A DNA stretch of 64,000 nt. Origin: Eledone cirrhosa (lineage: Eukaryota). Positions 24,803-39,800 of this stretch are shown one piece after another. The translations under genes were made by a program, and so were the position numbers. The DNA lies in the NCBI GenBank assembly GCA_964016885.1, contig OZ024740.1:7936001-8000000 (forward strand). Reading direction: 5' to 3'. The notes beneath the pieces were generated by a model, which had not been told where the DNA came from, ran no database searches, and saw only the letters and a program-made list of their open reading frames with translations. How positions within the stretch are numbered: position 1 is the first letter of the stretch; every line of letters begins with the position of its first letter.

Positions 24803-27800
24803 GTCAGTTTCGATTATTATATCAGTTACTATTGGTATGTCAGTTTCGATTGGAATGTCAGTTTCGATTGGTATGTCAGTTTCTATTGGTATATCTGTTT
24901 TTATTGGTATGTCAGTTGCGATTAATATATCAGTTTCTATAGATATGTAAGTTTCTATTGGTATATCAGTTTTGATTGGTATATCAGTTTCGATTGGTAT
25001 GTCAGTTTCGATTGGTATGTCAGTTTCGATTGGTATATCAGTTTCGATTGATAAATCAGTTTCGATTAGTATGTCAGTTTCTAATGGTATGTCAGTTTCG
25101 ATTAGTATATCAGTTTCTATTGGTATGTCAGTTTCGATTGGTATGTCAGTTTCGATTGGTATATCAGTTTCGATTAGTATATTATTTTCGATTGTTATAT
25201 CAGTTTCGATTGGTATATCAGTTTCGATTGGTATATCAGTTTCGATTGGTATGTCAGTTTCTATTGGTATGTCAGTTTCTATTGGTATGTCAGTTTCTAT
25301 TGGTATATCAGTTTTGATTGGTATATCAGTTTCGATTGGTATGTCAGTTTCGATTGGTATGTCAGTTTCTATTGGTATATCAGTTTCGATTGGTATATCA
25401 GTTTCGATTGATATATCAGTTTCGATTAGTATGTCAGTTACTAATGGTATGTCCGTTTCGATTACTATATCAGTTTCTATTGGTATGTCAGTTTCGATTG
25501 GTATGTCAGTTTCGATTGGTATATCAGTTTCGATTAGTATATCAGTTTCGATTGTTATATCAGTTTCGATTGGTATGTCAGTTTCTATTGGTATATCAGT
25601 TTCTATTGGTATGTCAGTTTCGATTGGTATGTCAGTTTCGATTGGTATGTCAATTTTGATTGATATATCAGTTTCGATTAGTATGTCAGTTTCTATTGGT
25701 ATATCAGTTTCGATTGGTATATCAGTTTCGATTGGTATGTCAGTTTCGATTGGTATATCAGTTTTGATTGGTATGGCAGTTTCGATTAGTATATCAGTTT
25801 CTATTGGTATGTTAGTTTTGATTGGTATGTCAGATTCTATTGGTATATCAGTTTCGATTGGTATATCAGTTTCGATTGGTATATGAGTTTCTATTGGTAT
25901 ATCAGTTTCTATTGGTATGTCAGTTTTGATTGGTATATCAGTTTCGATTAGTATGTCAGTTTCGATTGGTATGTCAGTTTCGATTGGTATATCAGTTTCG
26001 ATAGGTATACCAGTTTCAATCAGTATGTCAGTTTTGATTGGTATAACAGTTTCTATTGCTATATCAGTTTCTATTGGATTGTCAGTTTCTATTGGTATGT
26101 CAGTTTCTATTGGTATATCAGTTTCGATTGGTATGTCAGTTTCTATTGTTATGTCAGTTTCGATTATTATATCAGTTACTATTGGTATGTCAGTTTCGAT
26201 TGGAATGTCAGTTTCGATTGGTATGTCAGTTTCTATTGTTATATCTGTTTCGATTGGTATGTCAGTTTCGATTAGTATATCAGTTTCTATAGGTATGTAA
26301 GTTTCTATTGGTATATCAGTTTTGATTGCTATATCAGTTTCGATTGGTATGTCAGTTTTGATTGGTATGTCAGTTTCGATTAGTATGTCAGTTTCTATTG
26401 GTATGTCAGTTTCAATTGGTATGTCAGTTTCGATTGGTATATCAGTTTCGATTAGTATATCAGTTTCGATTGTTATATCAGTTTCGATTGTTATATCAGT
26501 TTCTATTGGTATGACAGTTTCGATTGGTATGTCAGTTTCGATTCGTATGTCAGTTTCGATTGGTATATCAGTTTCGATTGGTATGTCAGTTTCGATTGGT
26601 ATATCAGTTTCTATTTGTATGTCAGTTTCGATTGGTATGTCAGTTCTATTTGTATATCAGTTTTTATTGGTATGTCAGTTTTGATTGGTATATCAGTTTC
26701 GATTAGTATGTCAGTTTCGATTGGTATGTCAGTATCGATTGGTATATCAGTTTCGATAGGTATATCAGTTTCGATTGGTATGTCAGTTTTGATTGGTATA
26801 ACACTTTCTATTGCTATATCAGTTTCTGTTGGATTGTCAGTTTCTATTGGTATGTCAGTTATGATTGGTATAACAGTTTCTATTGCTATATCAGTTTCTG
26901 TTGGATTGTCAGTTTCTATTGGTATGACAGTTTCGATTAGTGTCTCAGTTTCGATTGTTATATCAGTTTTGATTGGTATGTCAGTTTCTATTGGTATATC
27001 AGTTACGATTGGTATATCAGTTTTGATTGGTATGTCAGTTTCTATTGGTATGTCAGTTTCTATTGGTATATCAGTTTTGATTGGTATATCAGTTTCGATT
27101 GGTATGTCAATTTCGATTGGTATGTCAGTTTCTATTGGTATATCAGTTTCGAATGATATATCAGTTTCGATTAGTATGTCAGTTTCTAATGGTATGTCAG
27201 TTTCTATTAGTATATCAGTTTCTATTGGTATGTCAGTTTCGATTGGTATCCTCAGTTTCGATTGGTATATCAGTTTCGATTAGTATATCAGTTTCGATTG
27301 TTACATCAGTTTCGATTGGTATGTCAATTTTGATTGATATATCAGTTTCGATTAGTATGTCAGTTTCTATTGGTATATCAGTTTCGATTGGTATATCAGT
27401 TTTGATTGGTATGGCAGTTTCGATTAGTATATCAGTTTCTATTGGTATGTTAGTTTTGATTGGTATGTCAGATTCTATTGGTATATCAGTTTCGATTGGT
27501 ATATCAGTTTCGATTGGTATATGAGTTTCTATTGGTATATCAGTTTCTATTGGTATGTTAGTTTTGATTGGTATATCAGTTTCGATTAGTATGTCAGTTT
27601 CGATTGGTATGTCAGTTTCGATTGATATATCAGTTTCGATAGGTATACCAGTCTCAATCAGTATGTCAGTTTTGATTGGTATAACAGTTTCTATTGCTAT
27701 ATCAGTTTCTATTGGATTGTCAGTTTCTATTGGTATGTCAGTTTCTATTGGTATATCAGTTTCGATTGGTATGTCAGTTTCTATTGTTATGTCAGTTTCG

Positions 27801-30800
27801 ATTATTATATCAGTTACTATTGGTATGTCAGTTTCGATTGGAATGTCAGTTTCGATTGGTATGTCAGTTTCTATTGTTATATCTGTTTCGATTGGTATGT
27901 CAGTTTCGAATAGTATATCAGTTTCTATAGGTATGTAAGTTTCTATTGGTATATCAGTTTTGATTGGTATATCAGTTTCGATTGGTATGTCAGTTTTGAT
28001 TGGTATGTCAGTTTCTATTGGTATATCAGTTTCGATTGATATATCAGTTTCGATTAGTATGTCAGTTTCTAATGGTATGTCAGTTTCGATTAGTATGTCA
28101 GTTTCTATTGGTATGTCAGTTTCAATTGGTATGTCAGTTTCGATTGGTATATCAGTTTCGATTAGTATATCAGTTTCGATTGTTATATCAGTTTCGATTG
28201 TTATATCAGTTTCTATTGGTATGACAGTTTCGATTGGTATGTCCGTTTCGATTGGTATGTCAGTTTCGATTGGTATACCAGTTTCGATTGGTATGTCAGT
28301 TTCAATTGGTATATCAGTTTCTATTTGTATGTCAGTTTCGATTGGTATGTCAGTTCTATTTGTATATCAGTTTTTATTGGTATGTCAGTTTTGATTGGTA
28401 TATCAGTTTCGATTAGTATGTCAGTTTCGATTGGTATGTCAGTATCGATTGGTATATCAGTTTCGATAGGTATATCAGTTTCGATTGGTATGTCAGTTTT
28501 GATTGGTATAACACTTTCTATTGCTATATCAGTTTCTGTTGGATTGTCAGTTTCTATTGGTATGTCAGTTATGATTGGTATATCAGTTTCGATTGGTATG
28601 TCAGTTTTGATTGGTATAACAGTTTCTATTGCTATATCAGTTTCTGTTGGATTGTCAGTTTCTATTGGTATGACAGTTTCGATTAGTGTATCAGTTTCGA
28701 TTGTTATATCAGTTTTGATTGGTATGTCAGTTTCTATTTGTATATCAGTTACGATTGGTATATCAGTTTTGATTGGTATGTCAGTTTCTATTGGTATGTC
28801 AGTTTCTATTGGTATATCAGTTTTGATTGGTATATCAGTTTCGATTGGTATGTCAATTTCGATTGGTATGTCAGTTTCTATTGGTATATCAGTTTCGAAT
28901 GATATATCAGTTTCGATTAGTATGTCAGTTTCTAATGGTATGTCAGTTTCTATTAGTATATCAGTTTCTATTGGTATGTCAGTTTCGATTGGTACCCTCA
29001 GTTTCGATTGTTATATCAGTTTCGATTAGTATATCAGTTTCGATTGTTATATCAGTTTCGATTGGTATGTCAGTTTCTATAGGTATATCAGTTTCTATTG
29101 GTATGTCAGTTTTGATTGGTATATCAGTTTCGATTAGTATGTCAGTTTCGATTGGTATGTCAGTATCGATTGGTATATCAGTTTCGATAGGTATATCAGT
29201 TTCGATTGGTATGTCAGTTTTGATTGGTATAACACTTTCTATTGCTATATCAGATTCTGTTGGATTGTCAGTTTCTATTGGTATGTCAGTTATGATTGGT
29301 ATATCAGTTTCGATTGGTATGTCAGTTTTGATTGGTATAACAGTTTCTATTGCTATATCAGTTTCTGTTGGATTGTCAGTTTCTATTGGTATGACAGTTT
29401 CGATTAGTGTATCAGTTTCGATTGTTATATCAGTTTTGATTGGTATGTCAGTTTCTATTGGTATATCAGTTACGATTGGTATATCAGTTTTGATTGGTAT
29501 GTCAGTTTCTATTGGTATGTCAGTTTCTATTGGTATATCAGTTTTGATTGGTATATCAGTTTCGATTGGTATGTCAATTTCGATTGGTTTGTCAGTTTCT
29601 ATTGGTATATCAGTTTCGAATGATATATCAGTTTCGATTAGTATATCAGTTTCTATTGGTATGTCAGTTTCGATTGGTATCCTCAGTTTCGATTGGTATA
29701 TCAGTTTCGATTAGTATATCAGTTTCGATTGTTACATCAGTTTCGATTGGTATGTCAATTTTGATTGATATAACAGTTTCGATTAGTATGTCAGTTTCTA
29801 TTGGTATATCAGTTTCGATTGGTATATCAGTTTCGATTGGTATGTCAGTTTCTATTGGTATGTCAGTTTCTATTGGTATATCATTTTAGATTGGTATATC
29901 AGTTTCGATTGGTATGTCAATTTCGATTGGTATGTCAGTTTCTATTGGTATATCAGTTTCGAATGATATATCAGTTTCGATTAGTATGTCAGTTTCTAAT
30001 GGTATGTCAGTTTCTATTAGTATATCAGTTTCTATTGGTATGTCAGTTTCGATTGGTACCCTCAGTTTCGATTGGTATATCAGTTTCGATTAGTATATCA
30101 GTTTCGATTGTTATATCAGTTTCGATTGGTATGTCAGTTTCTATAGGTATATCAGTTTCTATTGGTATGTCAGTTTTGATTGGTATATCAGTTTCGATTA
30201 GTATGTCAGTTTCGATTGGTATGTCAGTATCGATTGGTATATCAGTTTCGATAGGTATATCAGTTTCGATTGGTATGTCAGTTTTGATTGGTATAACACT
30301 TTCTATTGCTATATCAGTTTCTGTTGGATTGTCAGTTTCTATTGGTATATCAGTTTCTATTGGTATGTCAGTTTCGATTGGTATGTCAGTTTCGATTGGT
30401 ATCCTCAGTTTCGATTGGTATATCAGTTTCGATTAGTATATCAGTTTCGATTGTTACATCAGTTTCGATTGGTATGTCAATTTTGATTGATATAACAGTT
30501 TCGATTAGTATGTCAGTTTCTATTGGTATATCAGTTTCGATTGGTATATCAGTTTCGATTGGTATATGAGTTTCTATTGGTATATCAGTTTCTATTGGTA
30601 TGTCAGTTTTGATTGGTATATCAGTTTCGATTAGTATGTCAGTTTCGATTGGTATGTCAGTTTCGATTGGTATATCAGTTTCGATAGGTATACCAGTTTC
30701 AATCAGTATGTCAGTTTTGATTGGTATAACAGTTTGTATTGCTATATCAGTTTCTATTGGATTGTCAGTTTCTATTGGTATGTCAGTTTCTATTGGTATA

Positions 30801-33800
30801 TCAGTTTCGATTGGTATGTCAGTTTCTATTGTTATGTCAGTTTCGATTATTATATCAGTTACTTTTGGTATGTCAGTTTCGATTGGAATGTCAGTTTCGA
30901 TTGGTATGTCAGTTTCTATTGTTATATCTGTTTCGATTGGTATGTCAGTTTAGATTAGTATATCAGTTTCTATAGGTATGTAAGTTTCTATTGGTATATC
31001 AGTTTTGATTGGTATATCAGTTTCGATTGGTATGTCAGTTTTGATTGGTATGTCAGTTTCTATTGGTATATCAGTTTCGATTGATATATCAGTTTCGATT
31101 AGTATGTCAGTTTCTAATGGTATGTCAGTTTCTATATGTATATCCGTTTCAATTGTTATGTCAGTTTCTATTGGTATATCAGTTTCTATTGGTATGTCAG
31201 TTTCGATTATTATATCAGTTACTATTGGTATCCCAGTTTCTATTGGTATGTCAGTTTCGATTGGTATATCAGTTTCGATTGGTATATCAGTTTCAATTGG
31301 TATATCAGTTCCTATTGGTATGTCAGTTTTGATTGATATATCAGTTTCGATTGTTATGTCAGTTTCGATTGGTATATCAGTTTCGATAGGTATATCAGTT
31401 TCGATTGGTATATCAGTTTCTATTGGTATGTGAGTTTTGATTGGTATATCAGTTTCTATTAGTATGTCACTTTTGATTGGTATGTCAGTTTCGTTTGGTA
31501 TATCAGTTTCGATAGGTATATCAGTTTCGATTGGTATGTCAGTTTTAATTGGTATAACAGTTTCGATTGCTATATCAGTTTCTGTTGGATTGTCAGTTTC
31601 GATTGGTATGTCAATTTCTATTGGTATATCAGTCTCGATTGGTATGTCAGTTTCTATTGGTATGTCAGTTTCGATTATTATATCAGTTACTATTGGTATG
31701 TCAGTTTCGATTGGAATGTCAGTTTCGATTGGTATGTCAGTTTCTATTGGTATATCTGTTTTTATTGGTATGTCAGTTGCGATTAATATATCAGTTTCTA
31801 TAGATATGTAAGTTTCTATTGGTATATCAGTTTTGATTGGTATATCAGTTTCGATTGGTATGTCAGTTTCGATTGGTATGTCAGTTTCTATTGGTATATC
31901 AGTTTCGATTGATATATCAGTTTCGATTAGTATGTCAGTTTCTAATGGTATGTCAGTTTCGATTAGTATATCAGTTTCTATTGGTATGTCAGTTTCGATT
32001 GGTATGTCAGTTTCGATTGGTATATCAGTTTCGATTAGTATATCATTTTCGATTGTTATATCAGTTTCGATTGGTATATCAGTTTCGATTGGTATATCAG
32101 TTTCGATTGGTATGTCAGTTTCTATTGGTATGTCAGTTTCTATTGGTATGTCAGTTTCTATTGGTATATCAGTTTTGATTGGTATATCAGTTTCGATTGG
32201 TATGTCAGTTTCGATTGGTATGTCAGTTTCTATTGGTATATCAGTTTCGATTGGTATATCAGTTTCGATTGATATATCAGTTTCGATTAGTATGTCAGTT
32301 TCTAATGGTATGTCCGTTTCGATTACTATATCAGTTTCTATTGGTATGTCAGTTTCGATTGGTATGTCAGTTTCGATTGGTATATCAGTTTCGATTAGTA
32401 TATCAGTTTCGATTGTTATATCAGTTTCGATTGGTATGTCAGTTTCTATTGGTATATCAGTTTCTATTGGTATGTCAGTTTCGATTGGTATGTCAGTTTC
32501 GATTGGTATGTCAATTTTGATTGATATATCAGTTTCGATTAGTATGTCAGTTTCTATTGGTATATCAGTTTCGATTGGTATATCAGTTTCGATTGGTATG
32601 TCAGTTTCGATTGGTATATCAGTTTTGATTGGTATGGCAGTTTCGATTAGTATATCAGTTTCTATTGGTATGTTAGTTTTGATTGGTATGTCAGATTCTA
32701 TTGGTATATCAGTTTCGATTGGTATATCAGTTTCGATTGGTATATGAGTTTCTATTGGTATATCAGTTTCTATTGGTATGTCAGTTTTGATTAGTATATC
32801 AGTTTCGATTAGTATGTCAGTTTCGATTGGTATGTCAGTTTCGATTGGTATATCAGTTTCGATAGGTATACCAGTTTCAATCAGTATGTCAGTTTTGATT
32901 GGTATAACAGTTTCTATTGCTATATCAGTTTCTATTGGATTGTCAGTTTCTATTGGTATGTCAGTTTCTATTGGTATATCAGTTTCGATTGGTATGTCAG
33001 TTTCTATTGTTATGTCAGTTTCGATTATTATATCAGTTACTATTGGTATGTCAGTTTCGATTGGAATGTCAGTTTCGATTGGTATGTCAGTTTCTATTGT
33101 TATATCTGTTTCGATTGGTATGTCAGTTTCGATTAGTATATCAGTTTCTATAGGTATGTAAGTTTCTATTGGTATATCAGTTTTGATTGGTATATCAGTT
33201 TCGATTGGTATGTCAGTTTTGATTGGTATGTCAGTTTCTATTGGTATATCAGTTTTGATTGGTATATCAGTTTCGATTGATATATCAGTTTCGATTAGTA
33301 TGTCAGTTTCTAATGGTATGTCAGTTTCGATTAGTATGTCAGTTTCTATTGGTATGTCAGTTTCAATTGGTATGTCAGTTTCGATTGGTATATCAGTTTC
33401 GATTAGTATATCAGTTTCGATTGTTATATCAGTTTCTATTGTTATATCAGTTTCTATTGGTATGACAGTTTCGATTGGTATGTCAGTTTCGATTCGTATG
33501 TCAGTTTCGATTGGTATATCAGTTTCGATTGGTATGTCAGTTTCGATTGGTATATCAGTTTCTATTTGTATGTCAGTTTCGATTGGAATGTCAGTTCTAT
33601 TTGTATATCAGTTTTTATTGGTATGTCAGTTTTGATTGGTATATCAGTTTCGATTAGTATGTCAGTTTCGATTGGTATGTCAGTATCGATTGGTATATCA
33701 GTTTCGATAGGTATATCAGTTTCGATTGGTATGTCAGTTTTGATTGGTATAACACTTTCTATTGCTATATCAGTTTCTGTTGGATTGTCAGTTTCTATTG

Positions 33801-36800
33801 GTATGTCAGTTATGATTGGTATAACAGTTTCTATTGCTATATCAGTTTCTGTTGGATTGTCAGTTTCTATTGGTATGACAGTTTCGATTAGTGTATCAGT
33901 TTCGATTGTTATATCAGTTTTGATTGGTATGTCAGTTTCTATTGGTATATCAGTTACGATTGGTATATCTGTTTTGATTGGTATGTCAGTTTCTATTGGT
34001 ATGTCAGTTTCTATTGGTATATCAGTTTTGATTGGTATATCAGTTTCGATTGGTATGTCAATTTCGATTGGTATGTCAGTTTCTATTGGTATATCAGTTT
34101 CGAATGATATATCAGTTTCGATTAGTATGTCAGTTTCTTATGGTATGTCAGTTTCTATTAGTATATCAGTTTCTATTGGTATGTCAGTTTCGATTGGTAT
34201 CCTCAGTTTCGATTGGTATATCAGTTTCGATTAGTATATCAGTTTCGATTGTTACATCAGTTTCGATTGGTATGTCAATTTTGATTGATATATCAGTTTC
34301 GATTAGTATGTCAGTTTCTATTGGTACATCAGTTTCGATTGGTATATCAGTTTCGATTGGTATGTCAGTTTCGATTGGTATATCAGTTTTGATTGGTATG
34401 GCAGTTTCGATTAGTATATCAGTTTCTATTGGTATGTTAGTTTTGATTGGTATGTCAGATTCTATTGGTATATCAGTTTCGATTGGTATATCAGTTTCGA
34501 TTGGTATATGAGTTTCTATTGGTATATCAGTTTCTATTGGTATGTCAGTTTTGATTGGTATATCAGTTTCGATTAGTATGTCAGTTTCGATTGGTATGTC
34601 AGTTTCGATTGATATATCAGTTTCGATAGGTATACCAGTTTCAATCAGTATGTCAGTTTTGATTGGTATAACAGTTTCTATTGCTATATCAGTTTCTATT
34701 GGATTGTCAGTTTCTATTGGTATGTCAGTTTCTATTGGTATATCAGTTTCGATTGGTATGTCAGTTTCTATTGTTATGTCAGTTTCGATTATTATATCAG
34801 TTACTATTGGTATGTCAGTTTCGATTGGAATGTCAGTTTCGATTGGTATGTCAGTTTCTATTGTTATATCTGTTTCGATTGGTATGTCAGTTTCGATTAG
34901 TATATCAGTTTCTATAGGTATGTAAGTTTCTATTGGTATATCAGTTTTGATTGGTATATCAGTTTCGATTGGTATGTCAGTTTTGATTGGTATGTCAGTT
35001 TCTATTGGTATATCAGTTTTGATTGATATATCAGTTTCGATTTGTATGTCAGTTTCTAATGGTATGTCAGTTTCGATTAGTATGTCAGTTTCTATTGGTA
35101 TGTCAGTTTCAATTGGTATGTCAGTTTCGATTGGTATATCAGTTTCGATTAGTATATCAGTTTCGATTGTTATATCAGTTTCGATTGTTATATCAGTTTC
35201 TATTGGTATGACAGTTTCGATTGGTATGACAGTTTCGATTGGTATGTCAGTTTCGATTGGTATATCAGTTTCGATTGGTATGTCAGTTTCGATTGGTATA
35301 TCAGTTTCTATTTGTATGTCAGTTTCGATTGGTATGTCAGTTCTATTTGTATATCAGTTTTTATTGGTATGTCAGTTTTGATTGGTATATCAGTTTCGAT
35401 TAGTATGTCAGTTTCGATTGGTATGTCAGTATCGATTGGTATATCAGTTTCGATAGGTATATCAGTTTCGATCGGTATGTCAGTTTTGATTGGTATAACA
35501 CTTTCTATTGCTATATCAGTTTCTGTTGGATTGTCAGTTTCTATTGGTATGTCAGTTATGATTGGTATATCAGTTTCGATTGGTATGTCAGTTTTGATTG
35601 GTATAACAGTTTCTATTGCTATATCAGTTTCTGTTGGATTGTCAGTTTCTATTGGTATGACAGTTTCGATTAGTGTATCAGTTTCGATTGTTATATCAGT
35701 TTTGATTGGTATGTCAGTTTCTATTGGTATATCAGTTACGATTGGTATATCAGTTTTGATTGGTATGTCAGTTTCTATTGGTATGTCAGTTTCTATTGGT
35801 ATATCAGTTTTGATTGGTATATCTGTTTCGATTGGTATGTCAATTTCGATTGGTATGTCAGTTTCTATTGGTATATCAGTTTCGAATGATATATCAGTTT
35901 CGATTAGTATGTCAGTTTCTAATGGTATGTCAGTTTCTATTAGTATATCAGTTTCTATTGGTATGTCAGTTTCGATTGGTACCCTCAGTTTCGATTGGTA
36001 TATCAGTTTCGATTAGTATATCAGTTTCGATTGTTATATCAGTTTCGATTGGTATGTCAGTTTCTATAGGTATATCAGTTTCTATTGGTATGTCAGTTTC
36101 GATTGGTATGTCAGTTTCGATTGGTACGTCAATTTTGATTGGTATATCAGTTTCGATTAGTATGTCAGTTTCTATTGGTATATCAGTTTCGATTGGTATG
36201 TCAGTTTCGATTGGTATGTCAGTTTCTTTTGGTATATCAGTTTCGATTGATATATCAGTTTCGATTAGTATGTCACTTTCTAACGGTATGTCAGTTTCGA
36301 TTGGTATATCAGTTTCGATTAGTATGTCAGTTTCGATTGGTATGTCAGTTTCGATTGGTATATCAGTTTCGATAGGTATATCAGTTTTGATTGGTATAAC
36401 AGTTTCTATTGCTATATCAGTTTCTGTTGGATTGACAGTTCCGATTGGTATGTCAGTTTCTATTGGTATATTGGTTTCGATTGGTATGTCAGTTTCTATT
36501 GGTATGTCAGTTTCGATTAGAATATCAGTTACTATTGGTATGTCAGTTTTGATTGGAACGTCAGTTTCGATTGGTATATCAGTTTCTATTGGTATATCTG
36601 TTTCGATTGGTATGTCAATTTCGATTAGTATATCAGTTTCTATAGGTATGTAAGTTTCTATTGGTATATCAGTTTTGATTGGTATATCAGTTTCGATTGG
36701 TATGTCAGTTTCGATTGGTATGTCAGTTTCTATTGGTATATCAGTTTCGATTGGTATATCAGTTTTGATTAGTATGTCAGTTTCTATTGGTATGTCAGTT

Positions 36801-39800
36801 TCGATTGGTATATCAGTTTCGATTAGTATGTCAGTTTGCAATGGTACGTCAGTTTCGATTAGTTTATCAGTTTCTATTGGCATATCAGTTTCTATTGGTA
36901 TGTCAGTTTCGATTGGTATGTCAATTTCGATTGGTATATCAGTTTCGATTAGTATGTCAGTTTCTATTGGTATATCAGTTTCGATCGGTATGTCATTTTC
37001 GATTGGTATATCAGTTTCGATTAGTAAATCAGTTTCGATTGTTATATCAGTTTCTATTGGTATGTCAGTTTCGATTGGTATGTCAGTTTCGATTGGTATG
37101 TCAATTTCGATTGGTATATCAGTTTCGATTAGTATGTCAGTTTCTATTGGTATATCAGTTTCGATTGGTATATCTGATTCGTTTGATATGTCAGTTTCTA
37201 TTGGTAGATCAGTTACGATTGGTATGTTAGTTACTATTGGTATATCAGTTTCGATTAGTATATCAGTTTCTATTGGTATATCAGTTTCGATAGGTATGTT
37301 CGTCCTCGATTTGTATGTCAGTTTCTATTGGTATATCAGTTTCGATGGGTATGTCAGTTTCTATTGGTATATCAGTTTCTATTGGTATGTCAATTTCTAT
37401 TTGTATATCAGTTTCAATTGATATGTTAGTTTCTATTGGTATGTCAGCTTCGATTAGTATATCAGTTTCTATTGGTATGTCAGTTTTCATTATTATATCA
37501 GTTACTATTGGTATCTCAGTTTCGATTGTTATGTCAGTTCCGATTAGTATATCAGTTCGGTTGGTATGTCAGTTTCTATTGGTATATCAGTTTCTATTGG
37601 TATGTCAGTTTCTATTGGTATGTCAGTTTCTATTGGTATGTCAGTTTCTATTGCTATATCAGTTTCTATTAGCATATCAGTTTTGATAGGTATGTCACTT
37701 TCTATTGGTACATCAGTTTCGATTGGTATGTCAGTTTCTATTGGTATGTCAGTTTCGATTATTATATCAGTTACTATTGGCATGTCAGTTTCGATTGTTA
37801 TGTCAGTTTCGATTGGTGTATCAGTTTCTATTGGTATGACAGTTTCGATTGGTATATCAGTTTCGATTGGTATGACTGTTTTGATTGGTATGTCAGTTTC
37901 GATTAGTATATCAGTTTCTATAGGTATATCAGTTTCTATTGGTATATCAGTTTTGATTGGTATATCAGTTTCGATTGGTATGTCAGTTTCGATTGGTACG
38001 TCAGTTTCTATTGATATATCAGTTTCGATTGGTATATCTGTTTCGATTGGTATGTCAGTTTCTATTGGTATATCAGTTTGGATTGATATATCAGTTTTGA
38101 TTAGTATGTCAGTTTCTAATGGTATGTCAGTTTCGATTAGTTTATCAGTTTTTATTGGTATGTCAGTTTCGATTGGTATGTCAGTTTCGATTGGTATATC
38201 AGTTTCGATTAGTATATCAGTTTCGATTGTTATATCAGTTTCGATTGGTATGTCAGTTTCTATTGGTATATCAGTTTCTATTGGTATGTCAGATTCGATT
38301 GGTATGTCAGTTTCGATTGGTATGTCAATTTCGATTGGTATATCAGTTTCGATTAGTATGTCAGTTTCTATTGGTATATCAGTTTCGATCGGTATGTCAG
38401 TTTCGATTGGTATATCAGTTTCGATTAGTATATCCGTTTCGATTGTTATATCAGTTTCGATTGGTATGTCAGTTTCAATTGGTATATCAGTTTCTATTGG
38501 TATGTCAGTTTCGATTGGTATGTCAGTTTCGATTGGTATGTCAATTTCGATTGGTATATCAGTTTTGATTAGTATGTCAGTTTCTATTGGTATATCAGTT
38601 TCGATTGGTATATCAGTTTCGATTAGTATATCAGTTTCGATCGGTATGTCAGTTTCGATTAGTATATCAGTTTCTATTGGTATGTCAGTTTTGATTGGTA
38701 TGTCAGTGTCGATTGGTATGTCAATTTCGATTGGTATATCAGTTTCGATTAGTATGTCAGTTTCTATTGGTATATCAGTTTCGATTGGTATATCTGATTC
38801 GTTTGCTATGTCAGTTTCTATTGGTAGATCAGTTACGATTGGTATGTTAGTTACTATTGTTATATCAGTTTCGATTAGTATATCAGTTTCTATTGGTATA
38901 TCAGTTTCGATAGGTATGTTCGTCCTCGATTTGTATGTCAGTTTCTATTGGTATATCAGTTTCTATTGGTATGTCAGTTTCTAATTGTATATCAGTTTCA
39001 ATTGGTATGTTAGTTTCTATTGGTATGTCAGCTTCGATTAGTATATCAGTTTCTATTGGTATGTCAGTTTCGATTATTATATCAGTTACTATTGGTATCT
39101 CAGTTTCGATTGTTATGTCAGTTTCGATTTGTATATCAGTTTCGATTGGTATGTCAGTTTCTATTGGTATATCAGTTTCTATTGGTATGTCAGTTTCTAT
39201 TGCTATATCAGTTTCGATTGGTATATCAGTTTTGATTAGTATGTCAGTTTCTATTGGTATGTCAGTTTCGATTGGTATATCAGTTTCTATTGGTATGTCA
39301 GTTTTGATTGGTATGTCAGTTTCGATTGGTATATCAGTTTCGATTAGTATATCAGTTTCGATTGTTATATCAGTTTCGATTGGTATGTCAGTTTTTATTG
39401 GTATATCAGTTTCTATTGGTATATCAGTTTCGATTGGTATGTCAGTTTCGATTGGTATGTCAGTTTCTATTGGTATATCAGTTTCGATTGATATATCAGT
39501 TTCGATTAGTATGTCAGTTTCTAATGGTATGTCAGTTTCGATTAGTTTATCAGTTTCTATTGGCATATCAGTTTCTATTGGCATGTCAGTTTCGATTGGT
39601 ATGTCAATTTCGATTGGTATATCAGTTTCGATTTGTATGTCAGTTTCTATTGGTATATCAGTTTCGATCGGTATGTCATTTTCGATTGGTATATCAGTTT
39701 CGATTAGTATATCAGTTTCGATTGTTATATCAGTTTCGATTGGTATGTCAGTTTCTATTGGTATATCAGTTTCTATTGGTATGTCAGTTTCGATTGGTAT

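Larger units (their letters stand above)
21239..24803 (+). mobile_element. RTE-clade non-LTR retrotransposon (LINE), intact ORF; 5' UTR possibly truncated
   Basis: Abrupt switch from satellite at 21239, 145-bp leader, single APE+RT ORF, ~300-bp 3' UTR and (GAT)5 tail merging into satellite. Single ORF and microsatellite tail are typical of RTE. Confidence 0.95.

Noticed and set aside
21223-24811. Apparent 11-bp TSD ATGTCAGTTTC
   Set aside because: It occurs in most monomers, is not adjacent to the 5' junction, and the empty sister site already contains both copies.
24756-24950. Poly-Met/poly-Asp ORFs across the GAT tails (also 47576-48149)
   Set aside because: Translation artefacts of the (GAT)n tail running into satellite.
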